49,748 nt of DNA from Rhodobacterales bacterium (GTDB lineage: Bacteria > Pseudomonadota > Alphaproteobacteria > Rhodobacterales > Rhodobacteraceae): assembly GCA_031422295.1 (NCBI GenBank), contig JANOQM010000079.1, positions 1 through 49,748 on the forward strand, in the 5' to 3' direction. How positions within the stretch are numbered: the stretch's first letter is position 1; each line of letters starts with the position of its first letter. Under the pieces are notes generated by a model. It searched no databases, was not told the DNA's origin, and was given only the letters and a program-made list of their open reading frames with translations. Made by a program: the position numbers and the translations under genes. Below are positions 9,429 through 19,720 of the stretch, one piece after another.

Positions 9429-10196
9429 GTGATGACCCGCAGCCGCATTCACTTTACCGCAAGCGAGGCCCCTGTTGCCCAGGAAGGGCTGGTCGTTCTG
9501 GCCGCCCGCTATGGCAATCTTCCGCTGGGTCAGGCCGAGGTGGTTGTGGCCTTGGGTGGCGACGGGTTCATGCTGCACACGTTGCATGCCACTGAAATGA
9601 CGGGCATTCCGGTTTACGGCATGAACCGCGGCACAGTTGGTTTTTTGATGAATGCCTATGCTGCCGACGACCTGCCTGAGCGGCTGCAACAGGCCGAGGA
9701 AACCGTGATCAACCCCTTGGCGATGACCGCGACAACGGTTGGCGGGGATATTCATAAAGCGTTGGCAATCAACGAGGTGAGCCTGCTGCGCGCCGGGCCA
9801 CAGGCGGCGAAACTGCGCATTACGGTCGATGGTACATTGCGGATGAATGAACTGGTCTGCGATGGCGCCTTGGTCGCAACCCCTGCCGGATCAACAGCTT
9901 ACAACTATTCCGCGCATGGCCCGATCCTGCCCATCGGCACCGATGTGTTGGCCCTGACGGCCATGGCCGCCTTTCGCCCCCGGCGCTGGCGCGGCGCCTT
10001 GCTGCCCAAGAACGCTGTGGTCCGGTTTGATGTGATCGAGGCCGACAAGCGCCCGGTGATGGCCGATGCCGATTCCCGGTCCGTGCGCGATGTGCTCAGT
10101 GTCGAGATCAGAAGCGAGCCAAAGGTGCAGCACCGGCTTTTGTTTGATACCGGGCATGGCCTGGACGAGCGGTTGCAGCAAGAGCAGTTTTCTTAA
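9429..10196 (+). CDS. nadK: NAD kinase, 255 aa
   Basis: GGDGFML motif, NEVSL, and the GSTAYNYSAHGP motif. Confidence 0.9.
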   Translation: MMTRSRIHFTASEAPVAQEGLVVLAARYGNLPLGQAEVVVALGGDGFMLHTLHATEMTGIPVYGMNRGTVGFLMNAYAADDLPERLQQAEETVINPLAMTATTVGGDIHKALAINEVSLLRAGPQAAKLRITVDGTLRMNELVCDGALVATPAGSTAYNYSAHGPILPIGTDVLALTAMAAFRPRRWRGALLPKNAVVRFDVIEADKRPVMADADSRSVRDVLSVEIRSEPKVQHRLLFDTGHGLDERLQQEQFS

Positions 10197-11011
10197 TTCG
10201 CCAGGCGCGAAAACAGGATCATTTCGGGCCGGTATTCGAAGTGCATCCCGTCAAAATGGTTCCATTTCCCGCCCCAGATAAAGCCATATTGTTCAAACAC
10301 CCGCACTAAATTTTCTGGGATTTTATTATCATAATCAGTTACTTGCCCCTCGGCTGCGCCGGTCCAGCGCCAGTAGCCACCCAATTCGGTACTGATATCA
10401 AAAGCTGCGCCAAAGCTGTGGCTGGACAGCCGGTCCGTACCTGCGATGACCCGCCAGTTGAAACTGCCGCCGGCATTTTCAGAATACGGATCAAAATTCG
10501 GCGCCATCCCTTGGATCATCCTCAGGGCGACAGATAGTTGTGTCGCAACGCAGTGCTTTGTAGTCATCGCAAAACTGGTTTGCAGGTTTGGACCGGAGTA
10601 GGCCACAGTCACAAGGCTGGCCCGTGCGGCGGCTTCTGTGTCGCCATATAACGCCCGAAACAGCGCGTCGTTGCGAATGCGGCCGGGGTCGGTCCACGGG
10701 GTTAAGCGGCGGGTCAGGTCAAAATCCAGCGGGTAGACATAAGTGAACATATCCCCAATTGTGGCTGCATTCAGCCGCTCGGCGGGGCTGATCGTACGGG
10801 CCGGAACAAAGGGAATCACACGCCCCTCGGCTGTCCGAAATAGGCCCGCAACCCGGTCCAGATCGGACCCCGGATAGGCCGTCTCAAGCGCGGTTTCCAT
10901 TGGGTCGCCGCCGCTGGGCAGGGGTAGCGCGCTGAAATCCACCGCCACGCAATCTGCCAGCCCGGGCATTGCCAACAACCCGGCTAACAGCCCAAAAACC
11001 AGCGCGCGCAT
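10193..11011 (-). CDS. Secreted M15-family metallopeptidase (D-Ala-D-Ala carboxypeptidase / VanY-like), 272 aa
   Basis: I chose the start at 11011 (MRALVFGLLAGLLAMPG signal peptide; an aaggag RBS precedes it). The C-terminal motif is GGKWNHFDGMHFE. The track ORF extends upstream to 11368. Confidence 0.8.
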   Translation of the reverse strand: MRALVFGLLAGLLAMPGLADCVAVDFSALPLPSGGDPMETALETAYPGSDLDRVAGLFRTAEGRVIPFVPARTISPAERLNAATIGDMFTYVYPLDFDLTRRLTPWTDPGRIRNDALFRALYGDTEAAARASLVTVAYSGPNLQTSFAMTTKHCVATQLSVALRMIQGMAPNFDPYSENAGGSFNWRVIAGTDRLSSHSFGAAFDISTELGGYWRWTGAAEGQVTDYDNKIPENLVRVFEQYGFIWGGKWNHFDGMHFEYRPEMILFSRLAN

Positions 11012-11269
11012 CGGCAAACTCCTTTGGTTCAAATGGTTATGGGGCAGTCTTAACATGACTCCCGCCGTGCACCCAAGACGAAACACCCCGGCGCTATTGC
11101 ATAGCTGCGCCGCGCCATCCCCTAGCCGCCGCGCGATATTGGTTCCTGACCTGACCAATGGCCAGATCGGCCCATCGACCCCGCGCCCAAGCTGCCAAGG
11201 CCAAAGCGTCCGACGGGTCGGGTGGTTCATCCCGGCGGTCACCAATCGCCCAATACCGGAGCATAAGAC

Positions 11270-11704
11270 ATGACATTTAACCGAATTCTGACCAGCGCCA
11301 CACTCGCGCTTTTGATCGTTTGCGCCGCCCCGGTTCAGGCCGACGGCAACCGGGTCAATCTGCAACAATACGGCGTTGATAACGGCCTGGGTGCCGCGCA
11401 GCAGGGCTATTTAAACCGGTTGTCCGTCACGCAGGACGGCTGGGCCAATACTGCGATTTCCACCCAGGACGGGTCGCGCAACCGGACGGTTTTGGGCCAG
11501 ACCGGGTATAACAACAACATCGTCTCAACGCAGGCCGGGCGCTGCAATGTGACCGGGATTGCGCAGTTTGGCCGTAATAATTCTGTCGATGCAGCCCAGA
11601 ACGGGGCCTGTAATGCGCTGGGTGTGATCCAGACCGGAACGGGTAACCGGGCAATTGCCCGGCAAAACGGCAGCGGCAATATTGCCGTGATCGTGCAGGA
11701 CTGA
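11270..11704 (+). CDS. csgA: Curlin-repeat protein (CsgA-like major curli subunit), 144 aa
   Basis: Signal peptide, then repeated Q-x-G-x-x-N-x-A-x-x-x-Q units, for example NRLSVTQDGWANTAISTQDGSRN and VSTQAGRCNVTGIAQFGRNNS. Confidence 0.75.
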   Translation: MTFNRILTSATLALLIVCAAPVQADGNRVNLQQYGVDNGLGAAQQGYLNRLSVTQDGWANTAISTQDGSRNRTVLGQTGYNNNIVSTQAGRCNVTGIAQFGRNNSVDAAQNGACNALGVIQTGTGNRAIARQNGSGNIAVIVQD

Positions 11705-11713
11705 TCCGCCTAT

Positions 11714-11748
11714 GGGGCCAGTCCGACTGGCCCCATTATTCCCTTTTG
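11714..11748 (+). terminator. Rho-independent terminator after the csgA-like gene
   Basis: A ggggccagtc/gactggcccc stem followed by attattcccttttgg. Confidence 0.55.
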
Positions 11749-11764
11749 GACAAGGAGTTATAAG

Positions 11765-12160
11765 ATGCTTCCGCTTACAATATTGCCACTTGGCATATTC
11801 GTTCTGGCCCTGGCCGCCTGCGGCATCGCCGGGACATCCGGCCTGCCAAATGGGCGCAGCAGTGCCGAAATGCCTGCCCTGACCTGTTCCTTGGCCGTGA
11901 CCGAACGCGGCGGCCAGTTGCAGATGACAGGGCAGCTGCGGGCCGCCCGGCCGGTGTCTGGCCGTTATGCCCTCACTATTGCCCAAACCGGGCGAACCGG
12001 GCAAAACCTGATCGACCAATCGGGTGATTTTCAGGCCCGCGCTGGCGAAACCGTAACTTTGGGGTCCGCAAACATATCTGGGTCTATGGCCGGTTTCGCG
12101 GCCACTTTGACGGTTGAATATGCACAGGGCACCCTGGACTGCCCGATCACGCTGTCCTGA
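11765..12160 (+). CDS. csgH: CsgH/CsgC-like curli chaperone/inhibitor candidate, 131 aa
   Basis: Small secreted beta-rich protein (lipobox LAACG) located between two curlin-repeat genes. This is the placement seen for CsgH in alphaproteobacterial curli loci. Confidence 0.45.
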   Translation: MLPLTILPLGIFVLALAACGIAGTSGLPNGRSSAEMPALTCSLAVTERGGQLQMTGQLRAARPVSGRYALTIAQTGRTGQNLIDQSGDFQARAGETVTLGSANISGSMAGFAATLTVEYAQGTLDCPITLS

Positions 12161-12194
12161 CCACAAACCCATAGGATAAAAGGAGAATGCTGCC

Positions 12195-12584
12195 ATGCTT
12201 CGCCCCCTATTACGCGCGGCCGTTCTGGCCGTTCTGGCCGGAACAGCCGGTCCGGCAATTGCGGAGAATGTGATTTCGCTATCTTTGACCCCGCGCAACA
12301 CCCAAGAGGCTGATCTGTTGCGCCTTGGTCTGGCGCTATATGCGATCAATCGCCAGACTAGGGACGGGGCCATGATCGACCAGACCGGGCACAACAATTC
12401 CGCTGGCATCACCCAAGGCGACCCCGGCAGTTTTGCCCTGATCCAACAGCGTGGGCGTGACCATTTTGCGACGTTGGAGCAACCGGGCACTGCGGGGGCC
12501 TATGCCATATTTCAGTCCGGCAAAGGTGCAGTCGCACAGGTCGGGGACGGCAAGGCGGGTGTGCTGATCCAGTTCGGCTGGTAG
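12195..12584 (+). CDS. csgB: Curlin-repeat protein (CsgB-like nucleator candidate), 129 aa
   Basis: Signal peptide plus curlin repeats, for example IDQTGHNNSAGITQG, ALIQQRGRDHFATLEQ and AIFQSGKGAVAQVGDG. Confidence 0.7.
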   Translation: MLRPLLRAAVLAVLAGTAGPAIAENVISLSLTPRNTQEADLLRLGLALYAINRQTRDGAMIDQTGHNNSAGITQGDPGSFALIQQRGRDHFATLEQPGTAGAYAIFQSGKGAVAQVGDGKAGVLIQFGW

Positions 12585-12594
12585 CCGGGCTTGC

Positions 12595-13341
12595 GTGCCG
12601 CATTCCAACGCATTAAACGCCGACCCGATGACACCCCATCCGCCCAAGACCCACCCCAACGGCACGCCTTGGCGCAACTTTTATGGCCGGATCCGGGGCA
12701 AGACGATCCGCGCCTCGCAATTTACCTATCTGGATGAGGATCTGGGGCCATTGTCCCCCGGTCCAACCTCGTGGGAGGAGAACCCGGACCGCCTGCCGCT
12801 GGACCTGACCGCCCGTTTTGGCAGCCGCCCGGTCTGGCTTGAGATTGGTTTTGGCGGTGGTGAGCATATGGTCCATATGGCCGCCACCCATCCGGACATG
12901 GCGATTATCGGCTGCGAGCCGTTCATCAATGGCGTCGCGATGCTGCTGGGGCGCATCCGCACTGCGGGCGTGACCAATCTGGCCGTTTATCCCGATGATG
13001 TCCGGCATTTGTTTGATGTGCTGCCTGCAGGGTCGATCCAGAAGGCATTCCTGAATTATCCCGACCCATGGCCAAAAAACCGCCACCACCGCCGCCGTTT
13101 TGTGACGCAGGATCATTTGCTGGGGCTGGCGCAAGTGATGGCCAAGGGTGCCGAGTTTCGGGTGGCCACGGATATTGCGGACTATGTCCGCCAGACATTG
13201 GACGAAGTTCCCAAGGCCGGGTTTGCACGCGTCGATACGGATATTCATCGCGCATGGCCGGACTGGATTTCGACCCGGTACGAAGTGAAAGCCCTACGTG
13301 AAGGCCGGGTCCCGCATTACATGACGTTTCATCGGCGGTAA
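12595..13341 (+). CDS. trmB: tRNA (guanine46-N7)-methyltransferase, 248 aa
   Basis: [13 protein letters not shown] motif, and the [14 protein letters not shown] motif. Confidence 0.9.
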   Translation: MPHSNALNADPMTPHPPKTHPNGTPWRNFYGRIRGKTIRASQFTYLDEDLGPLSPGPTSWEENPDRLPLDLTARFGSRPVWLEIGFGGGEHMVHMAATHPDMAIIGCEPFINGVAMLLGRIRTAGVTNLAVYPDDVRHLFDVLPAGSIQKAFLNYPDPWPKNRHHRRRFVTQDHLLGLAQVMAKGAEFRVATDIADYVRQTLDEVPKAGFARVDTDIHRAWPDWISTRYEVKALREGRVPHYMTFHRR

Positions 13342-13448
13342 GGCAGCAGCCTCCGGCGGAGGTATTTGGGCAACTCCGAAAATCAAGCGTGTGGACCCTT
13401 TTGACCGGCTCGGTTAAGAGCCTTGCGAACGCCAAATGTGAGGTTGAT

Positions 13449-14801
13449 ATGTCCGGTCATGGCCCTTCAATTCCGATGACATCCCGCAAGGGATTGCCGC
13501 TGACGGGCGTGGCGCATGTCCCGGGAGACAAGTCGATTTCGCACCGGTCGTTGATCCTTGGCGCTCTGGCGGTGGGCGAAACCCGGATCGAAGGGCTGCT
13601 GCTGGGCGAGGATGTGCTGGATACCGCCCGCGCGATGCGCGCTTTTGGAGCCGAGGTTGTGGATCATGGCGCAGGCCGCTGGTCCGTGTTTGGTGTGGGT
13701 GTCGGCGGCTTTGCTGAACCCAAGGGCGTGATTGATTGCGGCAATTCCGGCACGGGTGTGCGTCTGATCATGGGCACGATGGCGACCAGTCCGATCACCG
13801 CCACCTTTACCGGCGATGCGTCGCTGAATGGCCGCCCTATGGGCCGCGTCACCGATCCGCTGGCGTTGTTCGGGGCGCGGGCTTATGGCCGTCAGGGCGG
13901 CCGATTGCCGATGACCATTGTCGGGGCGGCTGACCCTGTCCCGGTCCGCTATGTTGTGCCGGTTCCGTCGGCGCAGGTGAAATCGGCCGTGCTGTTTGCC
14001 GGACTGAATGCCCCCGGCCAGACCGTGGTCATCGAGAACGAAGCGACCCGCGACCATACCGAGCGGATGCTGGCGGGGTTTGGCGCCAAAGTGTCGGTCG
14101 AGATCACGCCCGAGGGCAAGGTTATCACCCTGACCGGACAGCCGGAGTTGAAGCCGCAGCAAATCGTGGTTCCACGCGATCCGTCATCCGCTGCCTTTCC
14201 GGTCTGTGCGGCGCTGATTGTCGAGGGGTCGGATGTGCTGGTCCCCAATATCGGTCTGAACCCGACCCGCGCTGGTCTGTTCACCACCCTGCGCGAGATG
14301 GGCGCAGACCTGACTTATGAGAATTTGCGCGAAGAAGGAGGCGAGCCTGTGGCCGATCTGCGCGCCAGGTTCTCGCCTGATATGACGGGCATAGAGGTCC
14401 CCCCCGAACGCGCTGCCAGCATGATCGACGAATATCCAGTGCTGTCAGTCGTGGCCGCTTTTGCCGCTGGCCAGACTGTGATGCGCGGCGTCAAAGAGTT
14501 GCGCGTCAAGGAAAGCGACCGGATTGATGCGATGGCCAAGGGGCTGCGCGCCGCCGGGGTCACCGTTGATGAGGGCGAGGATTGGTGGATTGTCACAGGC
14601 CGCGGTCATGGCGATGTGCCGGGCGGTGTGACCGTGGCCAGTGTGCTGGACCACCGCATTGCCATGTCGTTCATCATCATGGGTCTGGCCACGAACAAAC
14701 CGATGACCGTCGATGATGCCAGCCCGATTGCTACGTCGTTTCCGGTGTTCGAGCCGCTGATGGCCGCATTGGGCGCAACGATCACGCGGGATAACAGATG
14801 A
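13449..14801 (+). CDS. aroA: 3-phosphoshikimate 1-carboxyvinyltransferase (EPSP synthase), 450 aa
   Basis: N-terminus [41 protein letters not shown]. The track start at 13389 is an upstream in-frame extension. Confidence 0.93.
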   Translation: MSGHGPSIPMTSRKGLPLTGVAHVPGDKSISHRSLILGALAVGETRIEGLLLGEDVLDTARAMRAFGAEVVDHGAGRWSVFGVGVGGFAEPKGVIDCGNSGTGVRLIMGTMATSPITATFTGDASLNGRPMGRVTDPLALFGARAYGRQGGRLPMTIVGAADPVPVRYVVPVPSAQVKSAVLFAGLNAPGQTVVIENEATRDHTERMLAGFGAKVSVEITPEGKVITLTGQPELKPQQIVVPRDPSSAAFPVCAALIVEGSDVLVPNIGLNPTRAGLFTTLREMGADLTYENLREEGGEPVADLRARFSPDMTGIEVPPERAASMIDEYPVLSVVAAFAAGQTVMRGVKELRVKESDRIDAMAKGLRAAGVTVDEGEDWWIVTGRGHGDVPGGVTVASVLDHRIAMSFIIMGLATNKPMTVDDASPIATSFPVFEPLMAALGATITRDNR

Positions 14802-15316
14802 GCCGGGCGACAGTGCTGTTCTGGGCGATCTTTGCCGTGACCATGGCGGTTTATCTGACGATGGTTTTGTGGTCGTTGCCGCATTTGCAGCAGTTGGCAG
14901 GGGGGCTGATGGTTTTTGACCTGCGCCCACTGGGCTATTCACTGCCCGAGGCCCGTGGGGTTGTGGCCGCTTTGGGCGCAGAGGGTGCCAATTTCTATCT
15001 GAATGTGCAGCTTTGGCTGGACCTCGCCTTTCCGGGACTTTTGGCGATTGTTCTGGTTTTGGCGTTTCGCAAACTGGCCAAAGGATGGCTGGCGTCGGTT
15101 TTGTCAGCGGGCGCGATACTGATGGCGGCGTTTGACTATCTGGAAAATCGCGGCGTCGCTGCGATGTTGCGCGCGGGTGCGGATGCGCTGACCGATGAAA
15201 TGGTGCGGAGTGCAAGCAGGTGGACTGTGATGAAAAGCGCAAGTTCCACAGTGGTTTTTGTGGCACTGCTGCTGCTGTTGTTGCTGGCTGGTTGGCGCAG
15301 GATCAAACGGCGCTAA
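14798..15316 (+). CDS. Hypothetical polytopic membrane protein, 172 aa
   Basis: The ATGA start overlaps the aroA stop. Several hydrophobic helices are present. Confidence 0.55.
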   Translation: MSRATVLFWAIFAVTMAVYLTMVLWSLPHLQQLAGGLMVFDLRPLGYSLPEARGVVAALGAEGANFYLNVQLWLDLAFPGLLAIVLVLAFRKLAKGWLASVLSAGAILMAAFDYLENRGVAAMLRAGADALTDEMVRSASRWTVMKSASSTVVFVALLLLLLLAGWRRIKRR

Positions 15317-15346
15317 GCGGTTCAGGGCTGGGATCAAAGAATAATT

Positions 15347-16849
15347 CTATTCGGCGGCAATCCGTCTGGCGTTACTCAGCGCGTTCTCGGGCAATTGTTC
15401 GGCCCCGAGGTAATCGGCTACCGTTGGCCCCGGTTTGCGCCAATGGGTCAAGAACTCCCAGACTTCGCGCAGCACGACCCGCCGCCCCATGCGCGTGTAC
15501 CATTGCATGGCGTGCCGGATCGCCGGGTCGGGGTGCAGATAGCAGCGCCAGAGCGCCCGGGGTCGAAGTTGCAGGGTCATTTCGATCAGTTTCACCCACA
15601 GGAACACCCGCCAAGACGGCACGTTCCGTGTTTCCATCACCTGATGTTTGTAATCCCATTTGCGCAGGTCCGGTTCGATCACCCGCCGGTGTTTTACGGT
15701 GCCAAAGAACGGCGTCCAGCGGTGCGGCGTGGCATAGATCGACATGACCTGATCGGGGTCATAGCGCAAAAGATGCCGCAGCAGCCGGGCATAGTCGCGG
15801 TCGGTTTCCTCCTCGAACCCCACGGCAAAGGTGCATAGGCCGATCATGCCGTTTTGCCGTAGCAGTTGGATCGCCTTTTGGTCCTTGGGCCGGGTGCCGC
15901 CTTTTTTCAGGGTGCTTAACGTTGCCTCATCCGTCCCCTCCAGCCCCAGCAGAAAGCGCAGGCAACCCGCCCTTTTATACAGCGGCAGGATGTCCGCATC
16001 CCGTACGATATCGTCGGCGCGGGTTGATCCGATGATCGTCACCGGCACGTTTTCGGCAATCATCGCGTGCAGGAACGCCAGCCACGCCTTGGGCGAGGAG
16101 GTCGGGTTTTCATCGGCCAGATTGATCAGCGTGACCCCATGGGTGCGGTAAAGCCATGCGATTTCAGCGGCGAATTTCACCGGGTCGCGGTGCCGCCATT
16201 GGGTCCAGAACCCGCGCTGCCCGCAATAGGTGCAAAGATGGGGGCAGCCGCGCGAGAATTGCAGGATGACAGCCCGATGCCCGCCCCAATAGCCGTGACG
16301 CGCGAAATCCATCAGCTCCCAGCCGATCCGCTGCGCATCCAGATCGCGGATCATCGGGGCAGGGGGTGTGGCAAAGGGCGTGCCGTTTTGCCGAAAGGCG
16401 AGGCCGGGTATGCAGGTCAGTGATTGGCCAGTTTCCAGCGCTGCGATAGCCGCAGTTGTGGTTATTTCGCCTTCGCCCCGCACGATGATATCGATCTGCG
16501 GACAGGCAGTCAGGATATCGGCCCAGTGATAGCTGGGGTAAACGCCACCATAGATCAGGGTGGCGTTTGGCAGGACGGCTTTGATCAGCCGCGCCACGGT
16601 CACGACTGTCGGATGCGCCGAGGTCGAGCCGGAATGGCCGATCAGCACGGCTTCGGGCCGTGCGGCGACAACTTCGGTTATGATCTGCGACAGGCGCATC
16701 GGCCCCAGATCGGCGTTGATCAGGGTGACAGCATGCCCCGCGTCAATCAGTGGTCCGCCGATGCACAAAAGCCCGAATGGTGGCAGGTTTTCCTTTGGCA
16801 CCCGGCTGCCGATTGCGGTATGGGGCGGGTGAAGCAGGGTAATGCGCAT
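15347..16849 (-). CDS. B12-binding-domain radical SAM protein, 500 aa
   Basis: N-terminal cobalamin-binding-like region. The radical SAM cluster motif CPHLCTYC is present. Confidence 0.85.
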   Translation of the reverse strand: MRITLLHPPHTAIGSRVPKENLPPFGLLCIGGPLIDAGHAVTLINADLGPMRLSQIITEVVAARPEAVLIGHSGSTSAHPTVVTVARLIKAVLPNATLIYGGVYPSYHWADILTACPQIDIIVRGEGEITTTAAIAALETGQSLTCIPGLAFRQNGTPFATPPAPMIRDLDAQRIGWELMDFARHGYWGGHRAVILQFSRGCPHLCTYCGQRGFWTQWRHRDPVKFAAEIAWLYRTHGVTLINLADENPTSSPKAWLAFLHAMIAENVPVTIIGSTRADDIVRDADILPLYKRAGCLRFLLGLEGTDEATLSTLKKGGTRPKDQKAIQLLRQNGMIGLCTFAVGFEEETDRDYARLLRHLLRYDPDQVMSIYATPHRWTPFFGTVKHRRVIEPDLRKWDYKHQVMETRNVPSWRVFLWVKLIEMTLQLRPRALWRCYLHPDPAIRHAMQWYTRMGRRVVLREVWEFLTHWRKPGPTVADYLGAEQLPENALSNARRIAAE

Positions 16850-16911
16850 GGGGGACCTCTCTGGTTGGCCCCATGCTGGCAGGCCGATGTGCAGAAGATG
16901 TGGAGAATTGA

Positions 16912-17532
16912 GTGGCCTTTACCGTAGCGATTGATGGACCTGCAGCCGCAGGCAAAGGCACGATTGCCAGGGCAGTGGCCGCGCATTTCGGCTTTGCCTA
17001 TCTGGACACCGGGCTGCTGTATCGCGCTGCGGCCCGCAAAGCGATGGACGGGTTGGACCCGGTTGCCGCTGCCGCCGCATTGACTCCGCGCGACTTTACC
17101 CGGGCCGATCTGCGCACTGCCAAAGTCGGGCAGGCGGCGTCAAAGATTGCTGCCATGCCGCTGGTCCGCGCCGCGCTGATCGAGTTTCAGCACACATTCG
17201 CCCGTCAAGAGGGTGGGACCGTATTGGATGGCCGCGATATTGGCACGGTGATCTGCCCCGAGGCTGAGGTGAAGCTGTTCATCACCGCATCCGATGTGGT
17301 GCGCGCGCATCGCCGCTGGCTGGAACTATCGGAAAAAGACCGGGGCCTGAAAGAGGCCGATGTGCTGGCGGGCCAGCAAGAACGCGACAAGCGGGATAGT
17401 GAGCGTGCGGTGTCACCGCTGCGGATGGCCGGGGATGCCGTGCTGCTGGATACATCCGCGATGGATATTGCTGCGGCAGTACAGGCGGCTATTGCGGCGG
17501 TGCAGGTGGCGCGTGGCGCGAGCAGCCAATAA
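16912..17532 (+). CDS. cmk: Cytidylate kinase, 206 aa (GTG start)
   Basis: N-terminus (V)[23 protein letters not shown]-loop. Confidence 0.9.
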   Translation: MAFTVAIDGPAAAGKGTIARAVAAHFGFAYLDTGLLYRAAARKAMDGLDPVAAAAALTPRDFTRADLRTAKVGQAASKIAAMPLVRAALIEFQHTFARQEGGTVLDGRDIGTVICPEAEVKLFITASDVVRAHRRWLELSEKDRGLKEADVLAGQQERDKRDSERAVSPLRMAGDAVLLDTSAMDIAAAVQAAIAAVQVARGASSQ

Positions 17533-17568
17533 TTTCATCCTGAAGTTATTGGCTGCTCCGCCCAACGA

Positions 17569-18996
17569 CTAGCTTTTCAAAGCTGCAGCCTGAGCTTCCG
17601 GTTTTGAAGGCAGTGGATCAGCATTGACTTGGGCCGGTTGTGTATATGCGGGCATGGCGAAACTGGGCGTAGCGACAGTAGCCGGGCCGTTACTTGGCGT
17701 AATCACTTTGTCAAAGATCGCCTTGCCCATCGGACTTTGCGCAAACGCCTCGACCGACGCCGCCAGATGCGTGCCACCCTTGGAGGTGAACAGATCCATG
17801 ACCTGCGTCATCCCGTCGCCCGGATGGCCGGTATTGGCGATCACCTTGACCTCGGCCGCCTGCAGCGCCTTGGCCTGTTCGCCGCCGACGATGACATAGC
17901 CTTTGATCCCTTCGATCGTCATCAGATACTGCTGATAGCCGACATTCTCGCCAATCTCTTTGGCCAGAACGATCTGCGCTTCGACTGGGGCCAGCTGCAT
18001 GGCTTTTTCAGCGGCAGCGCGGGCCTCGCCGATGGCTTTGATCCCTTCGGCTTCGCGCTGTTGGGCGGTCATCAGACCCTCGGCGATCAGGACGGTGGTT
18101 TGTTTGTCCTGTTCGGCAGCCACAACCTGTTTATCGCGCTCAATCTCGGCCCGGCGGACTTCGTCTACGCGGGTCACGGCCATGTGGCGCTCGCGGGTTT
18201 CCTTTTCCTGCGTCAGCACTTCCTGTCGGGCCTGTTCATTGGCGATGCCGACTGCCTTGTCCTTTTCGGCGATCTTCTCGCCCACCGCCCTCTCGGCCTC
18301 TTGCTTGCGCATATCGACCTCGCGCTGCGCCTCGATCTCGGCGGTTTCAGCCGCGCGTTTGTTTTCGGCGACCTCGCGGCGGCTTTCCATTTCGATATGC
18401 GAGGTCTTTTTGGCCATGATGTTCGAGATGACCTTGCTGCCGGTGGCATCGCGGATGTCCATCAGCTCCATCGATTTCACCGGCTCAATGCCCCATTGTT
18501 TCAGCTGTTCAACCACTTCTGCCGTAAAAGCCGCCCCGAATTTTGAGCGTTCCAGCATGATCGCATCGACCTTGTCACTGGCCAGCACCTTGCGGACCGC
18601 ACCCTGGACGATCTGCATCAGTTGTTCCTTGAGCGCCGCAATACTATCCACCCGCTGGGCGGCCAGCGCGGTATCGGCGATGCGAAAGAACGACGTGACA
18701 TGCACCATAAAGGGCACCCGGTCCATGTCATAGGCTTCGTAATCCTCAAGAGTCAGGTCAAAGTTGCTGACCGGCAGCTGGATCACATTGATCCCGAACC
18801 GGGGGATCCAACTGGGCCAGGCGTAGTAGACGTTACCCGCACTTAGCCCGGTGCCATAAGGCATGGTGGTGCGCCCGCGCTGGACAATGTGAACGACATT
18901 GGTGCTGACCACCCGGCGGAACAGGATCGACAGGATCAGGAACAGGACGGCAAGGACCGCAAGACCAATCAAGACGGTTAAAATGGTGGATTGCAT
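17569..18996 (-). CDS. SPFH/band-7 flotillin-family protein, 475 aa
   Basis: N-terminal TM helix, an SPFH domain, and a long charged coiled coil rich in E, A, R and K repeats. Confidence 0.8.
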   Translation of the reverse strand: MQSTILTVLIGLAVLAVLFLILSILFRRVVSTNVVHIVQRGRTTMPYGTGLSAGNVYYAWPSWIPRFGINVIQLPVSNFDLTLEDYEAYDMDRVPFMVHVTSFFRIADTALAAQRVDSIAALKEQLMQIVQGAVRKVLASDKVDAIMLERSKFGAAFTAEVVEQLKQWGIEPVKSMELMDIRDATGSKVISNIMAKKTSHIEMESRREVAENKRAAETAEIEAQREVDMRKQEAERAVGEKIAEKDKAVGIANEQARQEVLTQEKETRERHMAVTRVDEVRRAEIERDKQVVAAEQDKQTTVLIAEGLMTAQQREAEGIKAIGEARAAAEKAMQLAPVEAQIVLAKEIGENVGYQQYLMTIEGIKGYVIVGGEQAKALQAAEVKVIANTGHPGDGMTQVMDLFTSKGGTHLAASVEAFAQSPMGKAIFDKVITPSNGPATVATPSFAMPAYTQPAQVNADPLPSKPEAQAAALKS

Positions 18997-19103
18997 GCTG
19001 AAAAGCTCCTAAAATAAGTTCGGGGCAAGCCCCACTAATGACCGCCAGTCTGGCGCGGCGTAGTCCTTGCTGCAATTCAATTGTGATTTGACGCCGTAAG
19101 CCC

Positions 19104-19493
19104 CTACAGCCGCCGGAACGGGAATAGCGCCCGCAATTTGGGATCGCGCAGCCACAGCCCGCCCCACATCACCAGCCCCAGATAGATGCTGAACAACTGA
19201 TGGCTGAACAACGGGCTGTCGGCGCGGATTTGAGTAACCATCGCCCCGCCAAGCAGGCCCATCATCAGGATCGCACCCAGCACGCTGGTCAAGGGCAGTG
19301 CATACAGCAGCGTGCAGACCAGTTCGATCATCCCGATTAGCAGGATCGGGCTATCGGCCCATCCCAGCGCGGTCATCGTGTCGGGCGCAATCGCCATGCC
19401 CGATAGTTTGGGATAGACTGAGGCCCCCAGCATGAACAGGATGAACAGCGCCGACAGGACCCAACCCAGCCAGACTTTGGATTTTTCAGACAC
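19104..19493 (-). CDS. DoxX-family membrane protein, 129 aa
   Basis: Four hydrophobic helices; DoxX-like size and pattern. Confidence 0.65.
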   Translation of the reverse strand: MSEKSKVWLGWVLSALFILFMLGASVYPKLSGMAIAPDTMTALGWADSPILLIGMIELVCTLLYALPLTSVLGAILMMGLLGGAMVTQIRADSPLFSHQLFSIYLGLVMWGGLWLRDPKLRALFPFRRL

Positions 19494-19720
19494 TTGGACA
19501 CTCCATTTTTATGGACCACGTGAAACGGTATCGGCACATTCGCCAGTTTGACAACTGATTTCGATTGATAGCGCGGGGAGAGGGCCGATTACCGGCAGCC
19601 AGACGAATTCACTGCTTTCTCACGCAACGGTGCGGATTTGGCAGGACACTATCACAGTTCACTCACGGCAGCCTTGGTAGTCAGGACCTGACACAGTCAG
19701 GACAGCGTGAGGGTATCCGG

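Noticed and set aside
11525-12490. 321-aa minus-strand ORF across the curli genes
   Set aside because: It is antisense to three well-supported secreted-protein genes. It has a Pro/Arg/Gly-rich composition and no motifs.
12613-13435. Minus-strand ORFs of 211 and 169 aa
   Set aside because: They are antisense to trmB.
14445-15266. 273-aa minus-strand ORF
   Set aside because: It overlaps the aroA 3' end and the downstream membrane-protein gene in antisense. It is an artefact of high GC.
17629-18733. Two long plus-strand ORFs (305 and 257 aa)
   Set aside because: Both are antisense to the flotillin gene. Their translations are repetitive (Leu/Phe/Gly or Ser/Cys/Ala runs) with no domain features.
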